Assembly: GCA_043767805.1 (NCBI GenBank) | Contig: JAYUGC010000143.1 | Coordinates: forward strand, 1-25,703 | DNA from: Pseudomonadota bacterium | GTDB taxonomy: Bacteria; Bdellovibrionota; FAC87; UBA2466 | Length of the DNA: 25,703 nt | Reading direction: 5' to 3' | Shown here: positions 1-9,227 of the stretch, one piece after another | How positions within the stretch are numbered: position 1 is the first letter of the stretch | Layout: each line of letters starts with the position of its first letter | Made by a program: the position numbers and the translations under genes | The notes under the pieces: model-generated | The model's database searches: none | What the model was told of the DNA's origin: nothing | The model's input: the letters and a program-made list of their open reading frames with translations, nothing else

Positions 1-675
1 TATCTCAATAAAGCCATCTTCGAGCTCTACTGCTCCACGCTCACTCAGCGGCGCATGGCTCGCGTACTAAGAATCAGTCGCACGACGGTGGTAAAGAAGT
101 TCCTCTTTCTCGCGCTAAGGGCACGGTCCGCGCAAGAGGCGTGGCTTCGTACCCAGAGGTTTCTCCATTTAGAGTTCGATGAGATGGAAAGTTTCGAGCA
201 CACTCGACTAAAGCCCGTGAGCGTTGCCCTCGCCGTTGAGACGGGATCTCGTAAAATCGTCGACATCCAGGTGGGGGAGATGCCCTATAAGGGGCGGCTC
301 GCGCGGCTTGCGTTTCGAAAGTACGGACCGAGAGAGGATCATCGGCCACAGATCCGTAGAAGGGTGCTGAAGCGACTAAGTGAGGCCACCACTCTCACCA
401 CCGATGAGCACCCAAGCTACGGCCCTGTGATTCGAAACCTTCTGCCTCGTACCACCCACATCGCTGTTCCCAGTGCGTCTAAAACCTTTCGGCCTGAAGG
501 CTCCAGAAGAAATCCCGATGACCCGATGTTTGCTATAAACCACGTGTCCGCGAAACTTCGAGCCGACCTTAGCCGCCTACTGAGAAAAATCTGGGTCACC
601 ACTAAACGCGTCAACCGCCTCCAAGCCCACCTCGACCTATACCTCGCCTACCACAACGGCTTAGCTCTCAACTGA
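1..675 (+). mobile_element. IS1/IS1595-superfamily-like transposase, 5' end outside the window
   Basis: Frame +1 is open from base 1 (YLNKAIFELYCSTLTQRRMARV...). It has an HTH-like segment (QRRMARVLRISRTTVVKK), a first acidic motif (FDEMES), a second (TTDEHPSYG), and a C-terminal LRADLSRLLRK...TTK...HL.LY..YHN segment resembling IS1 InsB. Element ends could not be defined. Confidence 0.7.
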
Positions 676-804
676 CACGGCTTCCCCCTCCCGAGAAAGA
701 CACAAAACCCACACTCAAGTGAGCCAGGTATTTAACTCATCGTCCCAATACAGACCGAAAACCCGAGGGTACTTTAGGCCCGGCTCAAAATGGGGGACCT
801 AAAA

Positions 805-1659
805 ATGATCCGATTTACGTGGGTTGTACTGTTCGCACTGAGGGGGCTCAACGCTTTCGCGTCTCCGGAGGCCCCAGGCTTCATTTTCTTCGGCGACTGG
901 GGCCAGGGAAACCGGCACCAAAAAGCAGTGGCTGCCGGCATCGGCGAGTATTGCCGCCACGAGACGTGCGATTTCATCACGGCTCTCGGCGACAACTTCT
1001 ATCCCTCGGGGGTCAAGTCCACCACCGACTCCCAGTGGAAGACCAAGTTCCATGACGTTTACGATTTTCTCCGCCTCCGTTTCTACGTGGCTCTCGGCAA
1101 TCACGATTACAGCGGCAGTATCCAAGCTCAAATGGACTACAGCCGAGTGAGCGGACTTTGGGCGATGCCTACGGCCTATTACGAGTTCATTCACGGCGAC
1201 ATTCACTTCTTCGTCATCGACACCAACGCGTTCGATGCGCGCCAAGCCACCTGGCTCAAGCAAAAGATCGCCGCGTCGCGCTCGCCCTGGAAAGTCGTCT
1301 ACGGCCATCACCCCTTGTTCTCGACGGGCTGGCATGGCGATACCAAGAGTTTGGGAAAGGACTTGCTTCCTCTTTTGCGCGGACGCGTCGATTTTTACCT
1401 GGCCGGTCACGACCATCATAAGGAAGCGCTGGCGCCGGACTCCGGGGTTAATTTTTTCATCAGTGGCGCCGCGGCGGAAACCCGCGCGGCCAAGGGCGGT
1501 AGCCGCACCCTTTTCAAATCGGCCACGCTCGGATTCGCGCATTTCGAGCTGAAGGGGCAGACGGTACGCGTCCGGTTTTTGGATCAAACGGGAAAAGTCG
1601 AATGGGAAAAGCTCGTCACCAAAGCGAGGGCCCCCGGCCGACTCCCCGTTTTTCCTTGA
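805..1659 (+). CDS. Secreted calcineurin-like metallophosphoesterase (purple/tartrate-resistant acid phosphatase type)
   Basis: Motifs GDWG, GDNFY, GNHD, GHH and GHDH. Signal peptide begins at ATG 805, which has a GGGGG SD-like sequence upstream; the alternative start is 790. Confidence 0.9.
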   Translation: MIRFTWVVLFALRGLNAFASPEAPGFIFFGDWGQGNRHQKAVAAGIGEYCRHETCDFITALGDNFYPSGVKSTTDSQWKTKFHDVYDFLRLRFYVALGNHDYSGSIQAQMDYSRVSGLWAMPTAYYEFIHGDIHFFVIDTNAFDARQATWLKQKIAASRSPWKVVYGHHPLFSTGWHGDTKSLGKDLLPLLRGRVDFYLAGHDHHKEALAPDSGVNFFISGAAAETRAAKGGSRTLFKSATLGFAHFELKGQTVRVRFLDQTGKVEWEKLVTKARAPGRLPVFP

Positions 1660-1785
1660 AAACTCGGTACGCCTCCAGGAAAGTGGAGGCTGGGTGATTT
1701 CGTGGAGTCGGTCGATTCCCCGAGAGTAAACCTCCAGAGCTTTTTCAGAGTCTTAATTCTCGAAAGAGACAGAAAGGAACCGCAA

Positions 1786-4014
1786 ATGACTTCGTTTGAA
1801 TCCAGCGCTCCTACGGAGCGCAAATCCGCATTAACCGCTTTAGCTTCAGAGACCCGAAGACACGTGAAAAGATCACACCATCAAGAACCGGCGCCCGCTA
1901 TTTCAGAATATTTCGGAGAGCTCACCTTCGGTCTAGGCCAGATGCGCGAGCGGCTTCCCCACTCCGCTTATCAGGATCTCCTGAAAGCCCTCGATCAGGG
2001 CAAGAAGCTCAGTAAGGAGTCCGCCGACGCGATCGCTCAAGTCGTCAAGGAATGGGCGGTCACCAAAGGCGCGACTCACTTCTGCCACTGGTTTCAGCCC
2101 ATGACGGGACTGACAGCGGAAAAGCACGACTCTTTCATTTCCATTCAGCACTCCAACCACTCGGAGCTGAAAGTGGTGGAGCGTTTCTCCGGCAGCATGC
2201 TCATTCAGGGCGAGCCCGATGCCTCGAGCTTTCCGAGCGGCGGCATGCGCTCCACCTTTGAAGCGCGCGGTTACACGGCTTGGGATCCCTCGAGCCCCAT
2301 CTTTTTGATCGAAGGCCCCACGGGACGCACGCTCTGCATCCCGACAGTGTTCTTCGGCTTCCACGGGCAGGCGCTCGACTTGAAGACGCCGCTCTTGCGG
2401 TCCATCCAGGCCCTCTCTTCCACCGTCTGCGGCTTCTTGAAAGTGCTCGGCGATGTGGACGTGAAGCGGGTCGTTTCGACCTTGGGCTGCGAGCAGGAAT
2501 ACTTTCTCATCGACAAGCGTTTCGTGGCCCTTCGCCCCGACTTGCTGCTCTCGGGCCGCACGCTCCTCGGCGCTTCGTCGCCCCGGCATCAGCAGCTCGA
2601 AGATCATTACTTCGGCGCGATCCCGGAGCGCGTGAAAGCGTTCATGGAAGACGCGGAAACCGAACTCTATAAGCTCGGTATCCCGGTGAAAACCCGCCAC
2701 AACGAAGTGGCGCCGAGCCAGTTCGAGCTCGCCCCGATTTTCGAGGACGCGGGCATCGCGGCCGACCACAACACGCTTCTCATGGAGACCTTGAAACGGG
2801 TCGCCCTCCGCCACGGCCTCGTGTGCCTCACACACGAAAAACCGTTCGCGGGCATCAACGGCAACGGCAAGCATTGCAACTGGAGCATGTCGAACGACAA
2901 GGGCGAGAATCTGCTCGATCCCGGCAACACGCCCCACCAGAACTTGCGCTTTCTCGCGGTTATGGCAGTGGTGATGAAGGCGGTCAACGATCACGCGGAC
3001 GCGCTTCGAGCGGCCATTGCGTCTCCCGGAAACGATCACCGCTTGGGCGGCAACGAAGCGCCGCCCGCGATCATCTCCATCTTCCTGGGCTCGCTTCTTT
3101 CCAAGATCTGCGACGACATCGAAGCGGGTAAAGCCTCCAGCGCGACGGAATCTCAGATTCTCGAGCTCGGCGTTGGCCATATTCCGAATATTTCCCGCGA
3201 TTACACCGACCGTAACCGGACGAGCCCCTTTGCCTTTACCGGCAATAAGTTCGAGTTCCGCGCGGTGGGCGGCTCGGCGAACGTCGCGGTTCCCGTTGCC
3301 ACGCTGAACGCGGCGGTGGCGAACGTGATGATGGACGCGACGGAGCGATTGAAAGAGCTGCTCGGCAAAAAAGGCCGGGACGAAGCGGTCATGGAGCTCA
3401 TCCGGGAATACGTTAAGGCGTCCCGCGCGGTGCGCTTTGAAGGAAACAATTATTCGCAAGAGTGGCAGAACGAGGCCAAGAAGCGCGGGCTTCCCGTCTT
3501 GAACTCCACGGCGGAAGCCTTGCAGGTGCTCAACCAGCCGAAGTCGGTGGAGTTCCTGCAGCGAACGAAGGTCTTGTCGAAAGACGAGATCCATTCCCGC
3601 TTCCACGTCGGGGTCGAGCGTTACAACAAGACGCTTCTCATCGAGCATCACACGCTGGCCGAGCTGGTCACGACTCACGTCGTACCGGCGGTGGAAGCGC
3701 AGCTCCGTCAGAGCGCCTCGACCCTCGCGGCTCTGACCACGCCGTCCGCCAAGACCGCCATGCAAAAACGCATAGGCGCTCTCGAGACGACGTTCGCGGC
3801 GATTCTGAGCCAGCAAGACAACCTGAAAGCCGTGCTCGATAAAGTCGCGACTCTGACGGATGAGACGGAAGCCATGAAGTTTATCGCGAGCGACGTCACG
3901 CCCGCCGCGCTCAAAGTGCGGCACGCGGCGGACGCGGCGGAGACTCAAGTCTCCGACGATCTCTGGCCGCTGCCGAAGTACCGCGAGATGCTCTTCGCTT
4001 TCGCGCTCTCGTAA
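1786..4014 (+). CDS. glnA: Glutamine synthetase type III
   Basis: GSIII signatures: HFCHWFQPMTGLTAEKHD, GEPDASSFPSGG.RSTFEARGYTAWD, GCEQEYFL, HNEVAP.QFE, HEKPFAGINGNGKH, DRNRTSPFAFTGNKFEFRAVG, WPLPKY.EML. SD AAAGGA precedes ATG 1786. Confidence 0.95.
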   Translation: MTSFESSAPTERKSALTALASETRRHVKRSHHQEPAPAISEYFGELTFGLGQMRERLPHSAYQDLLKALDQGKKLSKESADAIAQVVKEWAVTKGATHFCHWFQPMTGLTAEKHDSFISIQHSNHSELKVVERFSGSMLIQGEPDASSFPSGGMRSTFEARGYTAWDPSSPIFLIEGPTGRTLCIPTVFFGFHGQALDLKTPLLRSIQALSSTVCGFLKVLGDVDVKRVVSTLGCEQEYFLIDKRFVALRPDLLLSGRTLLGASSPRHQQLEDHYFGAIPERVKAFMEDAETELYKLGIPVKTRHNEVAPSQFELAPIFEDAGIAADHNTLLMETLKRVALRHGLVCLTHEKPFAGINGNGKHCNWSMSNDKGENLLDPGNTPHQNLRFLAVMAVVMKAVNDHADALRAAIASPGNDHRLGGNEAPPAIISIFLGSLLSKICDDIEAGKASSATESQILELGVGHIPNISRDYTDRNRTSPFAFTGNKFEFRAVGGSANVAVPVATLNAAVANVMMDATERLKELLGKKGRDEAVMELIREYVKASRAVRFEGNNYSQEWQNEAKKRGLPVLNSTAEALQVLNQPKSVEFLQRTKVLSKDEIHSRFHVGVERYNKTLLIEHHTLAELVTTHVVPAVEAQLRQSASTLAALTTPSAKTAMQKRIGALETTFAAILSQQDNLKAVLDKVATLTDETEAMKFIASDVTPAALKVRHAADAAETQVSDDLWPLPKYREMLFAFALS

Positions 4015-4024
4015 TATTCAAGTG

Positions 4025-4059
4025 AAGCGGGGTCGGCGGAAACGCCGGCCCCGTTTTTT
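4025..4059 (+). terminator. Rho-independent terminator after glutamine synthetase
   Basis: GCGGGGTCGGCG-GAAA-CGCCGGCCCCGT followed by a T-tract. Confidence 0.9.
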
Positions 4060-4118
4060 ATGCTCCGGCAGTATTTGAACGTAATTCCAAACGCTTGACT
4101 CGGTAACTTCAAGTAGAC

Positions 4119-4146
4119 TCAAGGCAGGGTAAGGCCACTCCGATAA
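4119..4146 (+). promoter_or_regulatory. Candidate sigma28 (FliA)-like promoter
   Basis: TCAAG-N15-TCCGATAA, similar to TAAAG/TCAAG-N14-GCCGATAA but with a spacer one base longer; lies directly upstream of GTG 4154. Confidence 0.35.
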
Positions 4147-4153
4147 GTCTTTC

Positions 4154-4633
4154 GTGGTTCTCCTCATTCTAGAAAACCAGACCGGAGTGCGAAGCTCCCT
4201 GGGTCAGATGCTCAAAAAGCATCACGAAGTTTTGCTCTGTGACGACGCGGCCAGCGCACTCATCCTGCTTTCGAATCGCACCATAGACTTCGTCATTGCC
4301 GAGCCGTTAGAGAGCCTTGAGTTCATCCGCAAAGCTCAGGAAGTCTCCCCGAAAACGTCCGTGCTTTTGATGGCGCCGCACCAAGCGGCCGATCAGGCGA
4401 ACGTGCTCGAAAGACTTCTAGTTTTGGCGCCGAGCTCTCCACCCCAGACCGAGACTCCCGGTGACCTGAACGCGACTCTCGAAGCTCTCGAGTACCGCAT
4501 CCTTCAGGAAACCCTCGCGGTTCACCATTACAATCAAGTCAAAGCGGCCGAAGCGCTGGGTATTACTCGTGGCGCCCTTCAGTACAAGATGAAGAAGTAC
4601 CATCTTGCCGACGAAGACAAGAAAGCCGCCTAA
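4154..4633 (+). CDS. Degenerate receiver domain fused to a Fis-type HTH (no AAA+ domain)
   Basis: N-terminus follows the receiver beta1-alpha1-beta3 pattern (LILENQ..VRSSL..ML...HEV...DFVIAE). C-terminus LEALEYRILQETL..HHYNQVKAAEALGITRGALQYKMKKY is a classic Fis/NtrC HTH. Confidence 0.75.
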   Translation: MVLLILENQTGVRSSLGQMLKKHHEVLLCDDAASALILLSNRTIDFVIAEPLESLEFIRKAQEVSPKTSVLLMAPHQAADQANVLERLLVLAPSSPPQTETPGDLNATLEALEYRILQETLAVHHYNQVKAAEALGITRGALQYKMKKYHLADEDKKAA

Positions 4634-4692
4634 CTCTCCCTCTCGAAATTTTCACGCGACTTTGGTTTAAGCGCCGTGCTAAGCCATTCGCC

Positions 4693-5694
4693 ATGAAAAT
4701 GAAAGCTATGTTAGCCAACAAGCCCGGCCCCGCCGATGTGTTTCAGCTCACCGAAGTCCAGGTTCCCGAAATTCGTCCGGGACACCTTCTGATTCAGGTC
4801 AAAGCGACCAGCGTGAACCCCATCGACATGAAGGTCCGTTCGAAGGAATTGCCCTTTTCCCCTCCGTTTCCGGCCATTCTCCACGGAGATTTTGCGGGCA
4901 TCGTGACCGAAGTTGGACCCAACGTCTCGGGCTTCAAGACGGGCGACAAAGTGTATGGCTGCGGCGGTGGAATCAAGGGAACCGTTGGCGGCGCCTTGGC
5001 CGAGTACCTTCTCGTGGACGCATCGCTAACCTCTCCCATGCCGACGACTTTGAATTTCGCCGAAGCCGCGGCCCTTCCTTTGGTCGCCATCACTTCGTGG
5101 GAGGCGCTTCTCGACAAGCTTCAGCTCAAATCCGGCGAGACGATTCTCGTGCACGGAGGCGTGGGCGGCGTGGGCCACATCGCGGCCCAACTCGCAAAGC
5201 ACGTGGGCGCCATCGTGCACACCACGGTCTCGAGTGACGGCGACGCCGAATTGTCGAAAACTCTCGGCGCCGACTTTCCGATCAATTACAAAACGACTCA
5301 GGTCGCCGACTACGTGACGAAGTACACGAACGGCCGCGGCTTCGATAAGATCTTCGACACCGTGGGCGGACCAAACCTCGCCAACTCCTTCCGGGCCGCG
5401 CGGTTAAACGGCTCCATCGCCTGCATCGCGACCGGCGGGGATCACAATCTGAATACCATGTACGGCAAAGGCATCAACCTCATGTCCGTCTTGATGCTCA
5501 TTCCGCTCATGACGGGCGAGAACCGCGCGCACTACGGCAAGATTCTCTTCGAAACGAAGCTTCTCGTGGACGCCGGCATCATTAAGCCCCTCGTCCATCC
5601 GGAAGTCTTCGACTGGAAAGACATCGCGAAAGCCCATGCGCTCATCGAGAGCGGCAAGCAAACGGGCAAGATCGCGGTCACCGTCAGCAATTAA
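4693..5694 (+). CDS. MDR-superfamily oxidoreductase (NADPH:quinone reductase-like)
   Basis: SVNPID.K.R, ILHGDFAG.V..VG, AAALPLVAITSWEAL, HGGVGGVGH, FDTVGG, AH.LIESG..TGKI. Confidence 0.9.
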   Translation: MKMKAMLANKPGPADVFQLTEVQVPEIRPGHLLIQVKATSVNPIDMKVRSKELPFSPPFPAILHGDFAGIVTEVGPNVSGFKTGDKVYGCGGGIKGTVGGALAEYLLVDASLTSPMPTTLNFAEAAALPLVAITSWEALLDKLQLKSGETILVHGGVGGVGHIAAQLAKHVGAIVHTTVSSDGDAELSKTLGADFPINYKTTQVADYVTKYTNGRGFDKIFDTVGGPNLANSFRAARLNGSIACIATGGDHNLNTMYGKGINLMSVLMLIPLMTGENRAHYGKILFETKLLVDAGIIKPLVHPEVFDWKDIAKAHALIESGKQTGKIAVTVSN

Positions 5695-6518
5695 GCCGTA
5701 TAGCGGTTAAAGAGAATGTCCTTGAAGCGCTTCGCGAGAAGCATTTTGGACGATCGCTGCGTGGTGCGGGGAAAGAGCCGGTAGAGCCTTAGTATCAGCC
5801 GGCCATTCCACGTGGGGAAGATTTCGTCCTGCCCGCGGGAGAGCGCTTCCAAAACCTCGTCGACGACGCCCTGCGGTTTCGCGACGGCCCATCTCAGCCA
5901 ATCGGGGAAATTGAGTCCCTGCTCGGCGCCGATCATGGGCGTGTCCACGAAACCGGGCGCGACGAGAACGAGCCGCGTATTCGAGCACTCGAGCCGCAAC
6001 TCTTCGCGCACGGCGCGGGTGAAACCAACGACCGCGTGCTTGGTGGCGCTATAAAGAGAAAGATAAGGTGCCGGTAAAAATCCCGCGACGGAAGCGATGT
6101 TCACGATGGCGCCGCCGCCCATGGCTTCCATATGGCTTAGGGCGGCTTGGGTGCCGTTCAAGACGCCGTTCAAGTTCACGTCGACTATTTTCTTAATGGC
6201 GCCCGCTTCCATCTTGCGAAAGCCACCGCGAATGCCGACGCCGGCGTTATTGAAAAAGAGCTCGATGCGGCGCCGTTCCGCCAGGATGGCGTCCAAAGCT
6301 TTTTTGATTTGCGCGGGCTTGGTGACGTCGACTTCGGCCGTGTGCAGGCTCCACCCCTGAACCTTGGCCTCGGCTTCAAGCTGAGCGAGCCCTTCCGGAT
6401 TCAGATCCCAAGCCCAGACTTCGGCACCTCGTCGGCAGAGGGACTCACAAAAGAGCCGTCCGAGGCCGCCCGCGGCCCCCGTGATCACGGCGACCTTGCC
6501 ATCGAATCTTGCGGTCAT
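5691..6518 (-). CDS. SDR family oxidoreductase
   Basis: TGAAGGLG, NNAG, NIAS, YSATK and PGFVDT; Asp after beta2 (WDLN) suggests NAD(H) preference. Confidence 0.92.
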   Translation of the reverse strand: MTARFDGKVAVITGAAGGLGRLFCESLCRRGAEVWAWDLNPEGLAQLEAEAKVQGWSLHTAEVDVTKPAQIKKALDAILAERRRIELFFNNAGVGIRGGFRKMEAGAIKKIVDVNLNGVLNGTQAALSHMEAMGGGAIVNIASVAGFLPAPYLSLYSATKHAVVGFTRAVREELRLECSNTRLVLVAPGFVDTPMIGAEQGLNFPDWLRWAVAKPQGVVDEVLEALSRGQDEIFPTWNGRLILRLYRLFPRTTQRSSKMLLAKRFKDILFNRYTA

Positions 6519-7357
6519 AAAAATTCCTCTTGCAGCCAGCGGGCGCCTTGCTCGTCGACTACGAGAATTTCCTCGAACTTGGCGCCAAACTCTTTTCCGC
6601 CGATATGAGGCTCGACGGCCCAGAGGCCCATGAGCCCACCCTCATGAAAGCGGGCGAGCAACTGACCGAAGAGCCCCCGCGAAGCGAGCGACCAGTAACT
6701 CTGCCAGCCGAAATGGAGCATCTTCAGCGGTGCCGCCTTCGAAGTCACCCGGGGCACGCGGTGACCCAGGACTTCGAACGGGTAACGCTGGTGAATATTG
6801 TCGTAGCCGCCGGCCCGTAGGCGCTCATCGACCCTGGCCCAGATCTCGCCGCCCGAAGAGGCGCTCTCGAACATTCCCGGCAAATCGTTCCGAAGGGACC
6901 GCAACCAGACGCGCGCCGACTCTAAATCAGCGTTCGGCCCAAGACTCGTCGTATAGCCGATGTCGCAGGTAAAACCGTCGACGATGGGTGCGACGTCCAA
7001 AATGAAAATCTCTCCGGGCTGCAGCCGCCGGCTCGACGGCTGATAGGCGGCGTAGGAGCGGATGCCGCGAAAGCGAGTGCGCGGGCCGAACCAAGCAAAG
7101 GGGTGATGAAAAAAAGCGCTGACCCCGTGATCGCGCAAGTAGGTGCCGAGAGTTTCGGCGGCTTGGACTTCGGTCCACCCTTCCCCGACGAGACTTGCCA
7201 CCTCACGCGTGGCTTGGCGGGCCAGAGTTTGCGCCCTGGCATAACCCGCGAGCTCTTCCTCGGTGGGCGCGGCCTCGACGGACGGAGACAGACGGTTTAT
7301 CATGGGCAGCGAGCCCAAGCGAGACAGCCGACCCATCCATTTCGCCGCCGACATCAT
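6515..7357 (-). CDS. M24 (pita-bread fold) metallopeptidase-like protein
   Basis: Five metal-ligand positions present: ILDVAPIVDGFTCDIGYT (D, D), LGHRV (H), AVEPHIG (E), KFEEILVV (E). Confidence 0.85.
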   Translation of the reverse strand: MMSAAKWMGRLSRLGSLPMINRLSPSVEAAPTEEELAGYARAQTLARQATREVASLVGEGWTEVQAAETLGTYLRDHGVSAFFHHPFAWFGPRTRFRGIRSYAAYQPSSRRLQPGEIFILDVAPIVDGFTCDIGYTTSLGPNADLESARVWLRSLRNDLPGMFESASSGGEIWARVDERLRAGGYDNIHQRYPFEVLGHRVPRVTSKAAPLKMLHFGWQSYWSLASRGLFGQLLARFHEGGLMGLWAVEPHIGGKEFGAKFEEILVVDEQGARWLQEEFL

Positions 7358-8193
7358 GCTTTACCTTCGAAAAAACGCTCCAAGGCTTCGTTCACGTCCG
7401 CCGCCCGTTCCCGGTGCACCCAGTGATTGCCTTGAATCACCCGGGACGTGGGATGAGCGGTATAAGGAGTCAGCTCGTTCCACTCAGGAGGCAGAAGAAA
7501 GGCGTCTTCCGATCCCCAAAGCACCAGCACCGGTGCTTCGAGCTTAGTCGTTTGCCGCCGTCCCAGCCAAGGAAACTCGCGCGCGAACGCCCGGTAATGG
7601 GGCAACGACCCATCCATGAGCCCTTCGATCTCGGGCCGATCCGCGACGGGCAATTGACCGATGGTGTGAGCGAGACGCAAACAAGACTCCGGGAAACGAC
7701 GCGCTAAAAATTCAGGCAGGCGCGGGATCTGAAACGCGTAAATATACCAGGATTTCATCAGCTGCTTGACTCGTGTCCGGCGCCGAAACATCTGCACGAG
7801 AGAAAGCCCGTTCACAATCGCCATGCCTTTCAGCCGATCGCCCAAAAGCGGGGCGAGATTCCAAGCCGCCACGGCGCCGAGATCGTGGCCCACGAGCCGT
7901 ATCTCTCTTTTCCCGGACGGGTCCACGGCTTTCAAAATCTGAAGCAGGTCGAGTGTCGTCGATCCTTCGCGGTAGCGGTCGAGCGTGGGTGCCGCTTCCG
8001 ACGAGCCCGCGCCGCGCGCGAAGGGCGCGATGACCTGGTGGCGATCGGAAAAATAGGTCAGCTGCCGGTCCCAGCTGGATGGCGTATCGGGAAAGCCGTG
8101 CAGGAAACAAAGAATGGGCGCGGTTTTCGTCGGGGCGTCGCCTTCAAGCCACCCCGTCTCCAGTCCCCGCAACCGCAAGGACTTGGTCTTCAT
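7354..8193 (-). CDS. Alpha/beta hydrolase, epoxide hydrolase-type
   Basis: HGFP oxyanion motif, GHDLG (Asp nucleophile), SWY and HYRA tyrosines, WG.ED..L, NHW catalytic His. Confidence 0.88.
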   Translation of the reverse strand: MKTKSLRLRGLETGWLEGDAPTKTAPILCFLHGFPDTPSSWDRQLTYFSDRHQVIAPFARGAGSSEAAPTLDRYREGSTTLDLLQILKAVDPSGKREIRLVGHDLGAVAAWNLAPLLGDRLKGMAIVNGLSLVQMFRRRTRVKQLMKSWYIYAFQIPRLPEFLARRFPESCLRLAHTIGQLPVADRPEIEGLMDGSLPHYRAFAREFPWLGRRQTTKLEAPVLVLWGSEDAFLLPPEWNELTPYTAHPTSRVIQGNHWVHRERAADVNEALERFFEGKA

Positions 8194-9227
8194 GCTACCT
8201 TCTTCTTTCGGCGGGCCGGAAGATCGGGCACGTAAACGGGAGCGAGATTGGGCTCCGGGAACGGAAAGCTCAAGACGCCGAGCTCGGAGGCCGCCTTGCG
8301 CGCCAAGCGATGATGGCGCGGGTTCAAAACAAGACTAATGAACGGCGCCGAGACGAAAAGTTTTTTCAAGAGCTCGGCGTAAGACACGGTCTTAAACAGC
8401 GGCAAGCAGCTCGTGATGACTTCGAAGAACGGGTGCTTGTTTCTGAGCCGGCCCACCTCTAGGACTTTGGTCATCTCGGCCAAAACCCAAGCGGTGGTCA
8501 AAGCCTGCGCGCGGAGTGAGTCCGTCTTGCGCCGGATCTTTTGCGTGATGGAGCCCGGCTGGCTGTAGATGAGATCGAGCATCAGGAAAGCGTAATTGCG
8601 GTGCCGGGCTTCCTCTTCGAGATGGCGCCGATGGATCGAATAGAAAAGCGGCTCGATGGATTTCTCGTGGGCCCGCAGGTGCCGGTACACCTCGACGGAA
8701 ACTTCCTCGGTCGCGGCCACGATCCACCAGAAAGCGAAGCCGCCTTTTCTGGCGTTATCCTGAGTCGCCTTGATGAGGTGCGAGCCGAAGATCTTTGGCA
8801 GAATCTGATCGAGGGCGTCTTTCGGAACCCCCGTCGATTCACAAAATTTATCGATGTAGCGCGCGAAGGTCGCCGAGTGCTTGCTCTCTTCTTCGAAAAA
8901 CAAATCTCCCAGGGCGAGCATCTCCGGATTCACCGGACGGACTCTGAGGCATTGTTCCCAAGCCACGTCCCGAAGCTTCAAGATGGCGTCTTCCATCTCG
9001 CCGATGGTGGCGTTCAAAAGCAGACCCAAAAGCTGGGAGAGCGCGAGGCGCTGTTCGGCGGAGGCGCCCGGGAAAACCACGGCGTCCCGATCCAAAGGCA
9101 CCAAATACCGCGACGTATCAACCGGAGTTTTCCAGTCAATGTCTTTCTCGATGTCCCACCGGTGCTTTAACTGGCTTCGAATCTGAGCACGAAGGACTGC
9201 GTCATTTAGGGGATTCCAGGCCCGCAT
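8190..9227 (-). CDS. Ferritin-like diiron oxygenase (AurF-like)
   Basis: Candidate ligands GEMED, EEESKH (ExxH), ATEEVS and HLEEEARH (H-x3-E-x2-H); N-terminal WD...DIDW. Confidence 0.8.
   Translation of the reverse strand: MRAWNPLNDAVLRAQIRSQLKHRWDIEKDIDWKTPVDTSRYLVPLDRDAVVFPGASAEQRLALSQLLGLLLNATIGEMEDAILKLRDVAWEQCLRVRPVNPEMLALGDLFFEEESKHSATFARYIDKFCESTGVPKDALDQILPKIFGSHLIKATQDNARKGGFAFWWIVAATEEVSVEVYRHLRAHEKSIEPLFYSIHRRHLEEEARHRNYAFLMLDLIYSQPGSITQKIRRKTDSLRAQALTTAWVLAEMTKVLEVGRLRNKHPFFEVITSCLPLFKTVSYAELLKKLFVSAPFISLVLNPRHHRLARKAASELGVLSFPFPEPNLAPVYVPDLPARRKKKVA

Noticed and set aside
676..790. Right terminal inverted repeat of the insertion sequence
   Set aside because: The left end is outside the window, and short palindromes such as CACTCAAGTG are too weak to call.
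1660..1785. Sigma54/NtrC-type promoter or known glnA riboswitch upstream of glutamine synthetase
   Set aside because: No GG-N10-GC with TTGC was found, and the known glutamine riboswitch consensus could not be matched by eye.
1933..3948. 671-aa antisense ORF, and similar long antisense ORFs at 799-1587, 10497-11312, 20003-20803 and 22601-23359
   Set aside because: Shadow frames opposite well-supported genes, expected from high-GC codon bias; no recognisable motifs.
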